The notes under the pieces were generated by a model that worked only from the letters and a program-made list of their open reading frames with translations, was not told where the DNA came from and did not search any database. Shown piece by piece: positions 57,317-64,000 of a stretch of 64,000 bases of DNA. A program made the position numbers and the translations under genes. Position 1 is the first letter of the stretch. Each line of letters opens with the position of its first letter. Source of the stretch: Leeuwenhoekiella sp. (GTDB taxonomy: Bacteria; Bacteroidota; Bacteroidia; Flavobacteriales; Flavobacteriaceae); NCBI GenBank assembly GCA_049671285.1, contig JBATUQ010000052.1:15774-79773 (forward strand), written 5' to 3'.

Positions 57317-59038
57317 TTACCAACCCATATTTTGCTCCAATGCCGGAAATTTGATCACCTCGTTATTGGGTATTGGCAAGTACGTTGCAAAAGAAGGATA
57401 ATTTCTCGGCTCAACCGCAGGAAGAAGTACATAATCATCACCGTTAAAGAAGTAACCGGTGACCGTCTCATTTAAGGGAAGGCCCCACCTTCTTAAATCC
57501 CAGAACCTGTGCCCTTCAAAACTAAGCTCTAAACGCCGCTCATTTCTAATTAAATCCCGCATTTCACCCATACTGTTGACACTTGCCAAAAAGTCATCTG
57601 GCTGTGATATTCCAGCCCTTTCCCGAATTGCAGCTATTACCTCCCGTGGCGTCATTCCATTTATGGACATTTCTGGACCACCCATTTCATTTGCTGCCTC
57701 CGCAAATATCAAGAACAGTTCTGTAAATCTAAAATATACGTCATAATGTCGTTGGTCAGCCGTTGTATTGTCATCGTTTAGTCTTACATCTGGGCGTAAA
57801 AGCTTTTTTAAATAGTATCCGGTTACCGTAGAACTTTCGGAGATGGAGTCCAGTCTGTCAATCCCTCCACCAACTCCGGTATTTATAGTGCTTCCGCCAA
57901 AAGAGTCTCCATTTACCACGATATACTTTCGTAAGCGAGGATCTCTGTTCTCGTATGGATTTTGAGGATCAAAACCGTTTTCCACCGTAGCGGGAAACCC
58001 ACTTCTCATGGGGAAAGCCATTACTAGATTGTGTGAGGGGTTAACATCGCCATCACCATTTACCGATGGTGGAAAATTAGCCCTTTCACGAAATGAATTT
58101 GGATTCTCTATACTTCCTCTCCACAACATTTCTCCGCTATCAATATCAGAATCAGAGTCATAATACTCGTCCCCATCAGCGGCTAGTCCTGAAACACCAC
58201 CTATTGTATTGAGGACCTCACTGGAATTATTGGCTGCAATTGAGTAATAACCATCCTGTCCATTCAAAAAAGAAGGACTTGCCGCAAACAGTGCCAAACG
58301 GGCTTTAAGGCCTTTTACTATTCTACCTGAGATACGCTGATCGTTCTGTGCACCATTCACAATTTTATAAATATCGGGGTCTATATCGGCATATCTTTCA
58401 TCTATATCGGATACATTGTCTGAGTAGATACTGGGCAGTAAGGTCAGCGCTTCATCAAAATCAGCCATAATGGCGGCTACTGATGCTTCAAACGACAAAC
58501 GGGGAACATTAAAATCACCATCTGTTTCTATGAATTCTGAATAGTACGGTATCCCACTCAAATCACCTGATACATCTATGCCTGCGTGTGCCTGCAAGGC
58601 ATAATAATGATGTAATCCCCTTAAAGCAAGGGCTTCACCTTTCAAACGATCATTAAACAAATTATTGGTAATAGGATCTTGACTCCAGTTAATCTCACCC
58701 GCGTTTACGATTTCCAGAAAACGATTTGCAAAAAAGACCTTCTCAAAACTATTCCATCGCGAAGTAGGATTAAACTGAGCGGTCAATTCACCCAGCGCCA
58801 TTCTTTTCAACCCATTGCCCAAATCGTTGTGAACGGCATCGTCAGTAGCTACTCCTGTAAATGAATATTGATCGACCAAGTCATCGTAGGCATTGAGCAG
58901 AATACCTTCTGCACGCTCCGGTACATTCCTTATATCGTCAAATTCCAACCTGTTTTCATCAATCGGCTCAAGATCGTCACAGCTAATGAGATTGGACACC
59001 ACCAATATAAATGCTACGTGTCGTATAAAATTTTTCAT
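57317..59038 (-). CDS. susD: RagB/SusD-family nutrient-binding outer-membrane lipoprotein
   Basis: Lipoprotein signal NLISCDDLEP, TPR-like helical N-terminus, ~570 aa, directly downstream of SusC. Confidence 0.9.
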   Translation of the reverse strand: MKNFIRHVAFILVVSNLISCDDLEPIDENRLEFDDIRNVPERAEGILLNAYDDLVDQYSFTGVATDDAVHNDLGNGLKRMALGELTAQFNPTSRWNSFEKVFFANRFLEIVNAGEINWSQDPITNNLFNDRLKGEALALRGLHHYYALQAHAGIDVSGDLSGIPYYSEFIETDGDFNVPRLSFEASVAAIMADFDEALTLLPSIYSDNVSDIDERYADIDPDIYKIVNGAQNDQRISGRIVKGLKARLALFAASPSFLNGQDGYYSIAANNSSEVLNTIGGVSGLAADGDEYYDSDSDIDSGEMLWRGSIENPNSFRERANFPPSVNGDGDVNPSHNLVMAFPMRSGFPATVENGFDPQNPYENRDPRLRKYIVVNGDSFGGSTINTGVGGGIDRLDSISESSTVTGYYLKKLLRPDVRLNDDNTTADQRHYDVYFRFTELFLIFAEAANEMGGPEMSINGMTPREVIAAIRERAGISQPDDFLASVNSMGEMRDLIRNERRLELSFEGHRFWDLRRWGLPLNETVTGYFFNGDDYVLLPAVEPRNYPSFATYLPIPNNEVIKFPALEQNMGW

Positions 59039-59063
59039 TATTTAATTGTAATTTATCGATGAA

Positions 59064-62000
59064 TTAAAAAGTCATTCTCAAACCGAGTGTAAAGGTGCTG
59101 AACTGTGGCACCCCTCCAATGTTGAGTTCGCGTATATCCTTGTTCTCGGCAATTTGCAGAATGTTGTCTCCCGCTGCGTTCAGGCTAAAATCCCTCACTC
59201 CAAGCTGATCACAGAAGTTATCATCAAATGTAAAGGTCAATTGTGCCCTATTGATACGAAAGAAACTATTGTCATATTGCCAAAATGTAGAATTTCTGAA
59301 ATTGTTCTGATTGGATGTGGACGATAACCTTGGGAAAGTAGCAGTTTCTGCGGTTTCTGGAGTCCAGCGACCTCGTACAACCTCAGAATATTTCTCGTTT
59401 CCGTCTACCCTAAAGTAGTCATCCGTCCTATTGCCATCACCGCCCACTTGACCAGTACCCAAAACCATAAGATTAAACTGGTTCAATTTAAAATTTAAAT
59501 TGAGACCATAGGACCAAGGACTATTACCCATTCCTATATTGACGATATCGTCGTTATCAATTATGTTATCCCCATTTTGATCCCGATAGCGTAGGTCGCC
59601 AGGTTGTACATCTCCAAATCCAGGAACTGCCAATCCGTCGTTTAAAACGAGTTCTCCACTGGCGTTTCTTGTAAAATCAGACTCGGAATAAAAGCCTAAA
59701 TCTTCAAGCCCAAACCTTGTCGATGTTTGTGTGCCAACCCTATTTTGATATGCAAACTCATTAATTTCTGATCGCTGTATTATTTCTGATTCATTGTAGA
59801 GCACATTTGCACCAATGCTCATTATGAGGTCCCCAAGTCTTTTATCGTATTTAATTCCCACTTCTACGCCTGTAAAAAGATCACTGTCAAAGTTGTCAAG
59901 TGGCCTGAATGTATTGTAAAATGAAGGATAATTAGCACCTAGAAAGGCCGGTTGTTTGTCAAATTCTGATTTGAAGTAGTTGACCTCAAACCATAATGAA
60001 TTCATCAGATAGCTTTCAAGGCCTATATTAAGATCCAATCGTTCCTCAAATCCTAGATTAAGATTTTCTCCCTGTGAGATATTCTGTCTGCGGTTCTCAC
60101 TTTGCTGATCTGCCCAGACAAAATTTGATCCATCTGTATAATTTTCTTCATACAGGTAATAGCCATTTATTCCCAAATCTGACTTAATAATACCAGCGGA
60201 AGCTTTTAGTTTAAGATAATCAACAAAGTTGTTATCCTTTAAAAATGGCTCCTCACTAATTATATATGCCGCACCTACCGTTGGGGATAGTCCGCCTCTC
60301 TCACCCTCTGGCAATCTCAACGAATTAATATAAACTGCACTAAAATCAAGATAAAGCTTCTGACGATAGTTATAACCTATCTGAAAACCTACGTGCGCGT
60401 CGTTATTTGATTGAATAACTTCGTCACGCCGTTCTTTATTAAAGTAACCCAACAAGGTAGTATTTATAGTATGGGCCTCACCAAATGTTTTGTCATAATT
60501 GATCAAAGCATAAAAGCCCAATCGTGAAATAAAATTGCTATTCCTTACATTCTGGGTCTGATCGTTCAGGTCAAGATTACCAAAAGGTGTTAAGTTCACA
60601 ATGCGGTTACCATCAAATTCAGGTTCATACACCCTAAAGTCATTGCTTACGAATGTTCTGTAAGTATTTATGAAGTCAAAGCTCAAATAGGTCTTCGCTG
60701 AAAGACCTTGTGTTATTCCCTTGAGATCAAAATTTACAGCATTGTTAAATTGCGTTGCACGGGTTATTGTATTCTGGTATCCACCGGCAAGTAAGTCAGC
60801 AACCGGGGTATTGTTTTGAAATTGCTGGGTAGCGCCCAATATATTACCATCTATAATCCTGGCATCGGTTAATAGAGCCGCTAAACTTGGGTTACCCTCC
60901 ACATCGATGAGATCGATGGGCAGCAATGGTGCATAGTCATTAGGTCTAAATGTTCTTCCGGCATTTAAAAGATTGCCCAGCGGGCTTTGATTGTTCCTTA
61001 TGACGGCGACACCGTCAATGCTGCTATCAATCCAATCATTTACCTTAAAATCTATATTTCCCCTTATATTAAATCGATTCGTTCCGCCATCAGCATCATC
61101 GTTGGCCTTGACGATATCCTGATCATAATTCCATCCTAAGTTGACATAATACTGGTACTTTTCATCACCACCGGTAAACTCGGATACCACATACGATGTA
61201 CTTACAAATGGCAGCAGATACTCATCAGAATAAAAATCAACGTCAGGATACAAAATATCATTTGAACCAGTCCTAAAATCTTCGATCAGTTCTGGATCGT
61301 AAAAATTATCCAAACCATCATTTCTCCTGGCCTCGTTGAACAGTTCCATATATTCTACAGACCCCAAATAATTTGGCAGTGCTACCGGTACACGTAAACC
61401 AGAACGGGCGGCTACACTTATACTGTTCTTGTTGATCTCACCACGTTTGGTATTGATAATTATTACTCCGTTACGACCTTGATTACCATAAAGCGCTAAA
61501 GTATTTGCATCCTTAAGAACGGTTATTTGATCGATTTCCTCCATATTCAACAAATTGGGATCACGGCCAAGAACACCATCTATTACATACAAAGCGTTGT
61601 TGAAGCTCCTAATGTTATTAGATCCTTCCACACCTAAAAGTAAAGCACCATTGATGTAGTTCCTTACACCCTGGGTGTTGTCATAAGGCAATCGTTCCTT
61701 AGTTTCAACAGTTGAGACAGCACCCGTGATTTCGCGTTTGGTTTTTGTGGCAACTCCCATTTTGATTTCATCCTCCCAAGATGCGAGATAGGGGGTCTGT
61801 TGCAGGACAATATTCTCTGTTAAATCGGCAAATTGTAAAAGTCGTTTTTCGTATCCCTCCTTTTGTATCCGGACAACTTCATTTTCTGCAATTGTCAATT
61901 GAAATTTTCCCTGAGCATCGGTGGATTTCTCTATTCCTTTCGGCCCATAAACTTCGACACCGCTGAGAGGCGCGCCCAGATTATCCACTACGGTAGCAGT

Positions 62001-62096
62001 AATGGTGGTACCCTCCTGCGCATTTGTTTGTTTACAGAAACAAAGAACGGCAAGGAGCATTAAGGGAAACAACCTGTACTTTTTACTTAAATTCAT
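59064..62096 (-). CDS. susC: SusC/RagA-family TonB-dependent outer-membrane transporter
   Basis: Signal peptide, N-terminal carboxypeptidase-regulatory-like domain, TonB-box/plug region (GAVSTVETKER...), ~1010 aa, C-terminal aromatic residue (...GLRMTF). Confidence 0.9.
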   Translation of the reverse strand: MNLSKKYRLFPLMLLAVLCFCKQTNAQEGTTITATVVDNLGAPLSGVEVYGPKGIEKSTDAQGKFQLTIAENEVVRIQKEGYEKRLLQFADLTENIVLQQTPYLASWEDEIKMGVATKTKREITGAVSTVETKERLPYDNTQGVRNYINGALLLGVEGSNNIRSFNNALYVIDGVLGRDPNLLNMEEIDQITVLKDANTLALYGNQGRNGVIIINTKRGEINKNSISVAARSGLRVPVALPNYLGSVEYMELFNEARRNDGLDNFYDPELIEDFRTGSNDILYPDVDFYSDEYLLPFVSTSYVVSEFTGGDEKYQYYVNLGWNYDQDIVKANDDADGGTNRFNIRGNIDFKVNDWIDSSIDGVAVIRNNQSPLGNLLNAGRTFRPNDYAPLLPIDLIDVEGNPSLAALLTDARIIDGNILGATQQFQNNTPVADLLAGGYQNTITRATQFNNAVNFDLKGITQGLSAKTYLSFDFINTYRTFVSNDFRVYEPEFDGNRIVNLTPFGNLDLNDQTQNVRNSNFISRLGFYALINYDKTFGEAHTINTTLLGYFNKERRDEVIQSNNDAHVGFQIGYNYRQKLYLDFSAVYINSLRLPEGERGGLSPTVGAAYIISEEPFLKDNNFVDYLKLKASAGIIKSDLGINGYYLYEENYTDGSNFVWADQQSENRRQNISQGENLNLGFEERLDLNIGLESYLMNSLWFEVNYFKSEFDKQPAFLGANYPSFYNTFRPLDNFDSDLFTGVEVGIKYDKRLGDLIMSIGANVLYNESEIIQRSEINEFAYQNRVGTQTSTRFGLEDLGFYSESDFTRNASGELVLNDGLAVPGFGDVQPGDLRYRDQNGDNIIDNDDIVNIGMGNSPWSYGLNLNFKLNQFNLMVLGTGQVGGDGNRTDDYFRVDGNEKYSEVVRGRWTPETAETATFPRLSSTSNQNNFRNSTFWQYDNSFFRINRAQLTFTFDDNFCDQLGVRDFSLNAAGDNILQIAENKDIRELNIGGVPQFSTFTLGLRMTF

Positions 62097-62132
62097 TTTT
62101 CTATCTATTTATTAAAAAAGACTACAGTTATT

Positions 62133-63959
62133 TTACCAGCCTGGATTTTGTGGAAAACCCTCATAAATTTGAATCTGGCTGTTTTCAAATGGTAACCAAT
62201 AGTGCTTGGGGTATTCACACACCCTGTTTGCTAGTACTTTTACCTCAAAAAATGATTCGTCTTCAGGAAAACTCAATTCGGTCTTTACCCTGTATTTTTC
62301 AAGATGCGCTATTCCCCAACGGCGAATATCCACCCAACGATGAGCTTCAAAACTCATCTCTACGGCTCTTTCCCTCCTTAGCTCATCCATAAATTTGTCG
62401 CTATCTGCAACAATGGCCGATGGCATCAATGGAATACCAGCTCTTTCCCGAATCTGGTTTATTGCCTGCTCTGCACTAAGTGGATATGAAGCAGGCACCG
62501 CAGTAGCACCCTGAGCCGCGTGAAGGGCTTCAGCATACATGAGGTAAACGTCAGTCAAACGCATGCGCATTATCATGCCCACATATCTCCTTATTATATT
62601 GTTCCATCGGCTGTGACCGGTAGGATAGAATTTTTTAAATAGGTAGCCAGAATAAGAACCTCCACTGCTCCTACGGTGCTCTCCCCCTTCATAAAGCTGG
62701 GCAAATTGATGTTCTGGCGGAGCATTACTGGGAGCAAGCTGGTCTCCATTTATAATGATCCACTTATAAAACCTTGGATCTCTGTTTTCAAATGGTTTGG
62801 TGGGGTCATAGGTAGTTGGCCCATATTCCCCACTTAGGTCATCTTCAATGGACAAACCATTCTCCATACCGAAATTGTTATGTATGTAGTTGTGCGTGGG
62901 ACTATTATGCTCAGCAGCTCCTACCCCGTTAAAACTTCTCAGTGTTCCATTTGCCATGAATCGACCATTATCACCAAAATTACCTCCAGGTGGGGCCATA
63001 ATCAATTCAGAACTTAGAGGAAAACTATTGCGGCGGGGAACATCCCAGAATACAGTCTCGTATCTCTCAAAAGGCACGAGGCCGTAAACTCCTTGATCAA
63101 CAAGTCTTAAAACATCTGCAAAGGCATCAACCGCCATGTTGCAAAGCTCAATATCGTAGTCATAGGTATCTATCCCTGGCTGGTTGTTCATTTTCATTAA
63201 AGGACTTGCCGCAAGCAATAGATTTTTCCCACGGAAGGCAGCAGCAGCACCTTTGGTGATCCTAGCCTCGTTTCGTCCCAAGGTCTTTTGCCCATACTCC
63301 ATATCATCCCAGTCCACCGGCAAAAGCTCAATAGCCCGCAGATAGTCCTCGTTGGCTTCAAGGGCTACTTCCTTATAGGTCTCCGGTCGGGCCAGTCTAA
63401 AGTCGTCTGACCCCAACACTTGTTTGATGTAAGGAAAACGACCCCAAAATTTCATGATTTCATTGTGAAAAAAGGCTCTGAAGAAATAGGCCTGCCCCAA
63501 TATCACATCTCGTTCCTCCTGTGTGGCATTGACCATTAGATCGATGTTCTGTATGGCTATATTGGCCTTCCTAATCCCCCTTAGACTGGCATCCCAAAGC
63601 CCTGGCCTTACTCTAGCCCTGTTACTATCAACATCATCGGGACCACTGCCATTGAGGTATGAAAACCTATGATTGATCCAAAAGGTAAGATTACCGCTAT
63701 CTATCTGAGCGCTTGCCTGAAAACCCCGGGGTTGCCAAGAGTCGTCGCCATATAAATGATCTTGAAAAGTCCAACCTGCCTCACCATAGTTAATAACAAA
63801 CTGGTACATCTCCTCAATAAAACCCTGTGCGTTGTCAAAATTCTTGAAGGCTTCTTCTTCGTCTAGAATAACTTCAGGAGCAATATCCAAATACTCCTCA
63901 CAGGAAACTGCAAGAAAAAGCAATGAGGATATTATAAGTCGTGATACTAAATTTTTCAT
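62133..63959 (-). CDS. susD: Second RagB/SusD-family lipoprotein (its SusC partner probably lies beyond the window end)
   Basis: Lipoprotein signal LFLAVSCEEYLD, 608 aa, SusD-like helical architecture. Confidence 0.9.
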   Translation of the reverse strand: MKNLVSRLIISSLLFLAVSCEEYLDIAPEVILDEEEAFKNFDNAQGFIEEMYQFVINYGEAGWTFQDHLYGDDSWQPRGFQASAQIDSGNLTFWINHRFSYLNGSGPDDVDSNRARVRPGLWDASLRGIRKANIAIQNIDLMVNATQEERDVILGQAYFFRAFFHNEIMKFWGRFPYIKQVLGSDDFRLARPETYKEVALEANEDYLRAIELLPVDWDDMEYGQKTLGRNEARITKGAAAAFRGKNLLLAASPLMKMNNQPGIDTYDYDIELCNMAVDAFADVLRLVDQGVYGLVPFERYETVFWDVPRRNSFPLSSELIMAPPGGNFGDNGRFMANGTLRSFNGVGAAEHNSPTHNYIHNNFGMENGLSIEDDLSGEYGPTTYDPTKPFENRDPRFYKWIIINGDQLAPSNAPPEHQFAQLYEGGEHRRSSGGSYSGYLFKKFYPTGHSRWNNIIRRYVGMIMRMRLTDVYLMYAEALHAAQGATAVPASYPLSAEQAINQIRERAGIPLMPSAIVADSDKFMDELRRERAVEMSFEAHRWVDIRRWGIAHLEKYRVKTELSFPEDESFFEVKVLANRVCEYPKHYWLPFENSQIQIYEGFPQNPGW

Positions 63960-64000
63960 ATGCTGTTTTTTAAAAATTCAAATTGAATCCGAAATTAAAT

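Overview
The window looks like a Flavobacteriia-type (Bacteroidota) chromosomal segment. Evidence for that placement: a T9SS C-terminal sorting domain, a SusC/SusD locus, a bamD-rpoZ-coaBC-DUF4835-recN neighbourhood, and tRNA-adjacent GIY-YIG genes. Most of the window is conserved housekeeping genes on both strands (miaA, a two-component system, coaE, fabI, recN, coaBC, bamD, dapA, ligA, mazG, def, ruvX, dapD, recQ, fmt, HU, three glycosyltransferases). Several accessory pockets interrupt this backbone.

- **Left edge (1-2738):** a 5'-truncated SMC/ABC-type ATPase gene, translationally coupled to a Toprim-domain gene (a Wadjet JetCD/MksFG-like or PARIS/OLD-like defence module), followed by a RhuM gene. 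The RhuM gene is flanked by a degenerate partial copy of the neighbouring DUF58 gene.
- **20-bp minisatellite (5381-5540):** eight tandem copies upstream of a DnaQ-exonuclease/GIY-YIG fusion gene.
- **T9SS cargo gene (23635-25647):** a T9SS-sorted surface-protein gene that looks inserted at the 3' end of a metallophosphatase gene, with a decayed copy of that 3' end downstream.
- **VapBC-like pair (25981-26563):** a toxin-antitoxin pair whose PIN toxin is frameshifted.
- **Decayed AT-rich region (28640-31500):** gene fragments, including a zinc-ribbon ORF and a YbjQ-domain ORF separated by one frameshift in a T6/A6 run.
- **Five-gene minus-strand operon (31516-40795), the main candidate for a previously undescribed system:** YbjN-like, PspA/IM30 (ESCRT-III superfamily), NfeD/YqiJ-like, a YqiK-type flotillin, and a 1633-aa protein with a C-terminal MoxR/AAA_5-like ATPase domain. 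It is divergently transcribed from an XRE-HTH/S24-like repressor gene with operator-like repeats between them. A 339-bp intergenic region full of nested palindromes sits between the flotillin gene and the giant ATPase gene.
- **Right end (55647-64000):** a tRNA(CAT), a small GIY-YIG gene, and a SusC plus two SusD genes with a lipoprotein.

No rRNA, CRISPR array, integrase or transposase was found.
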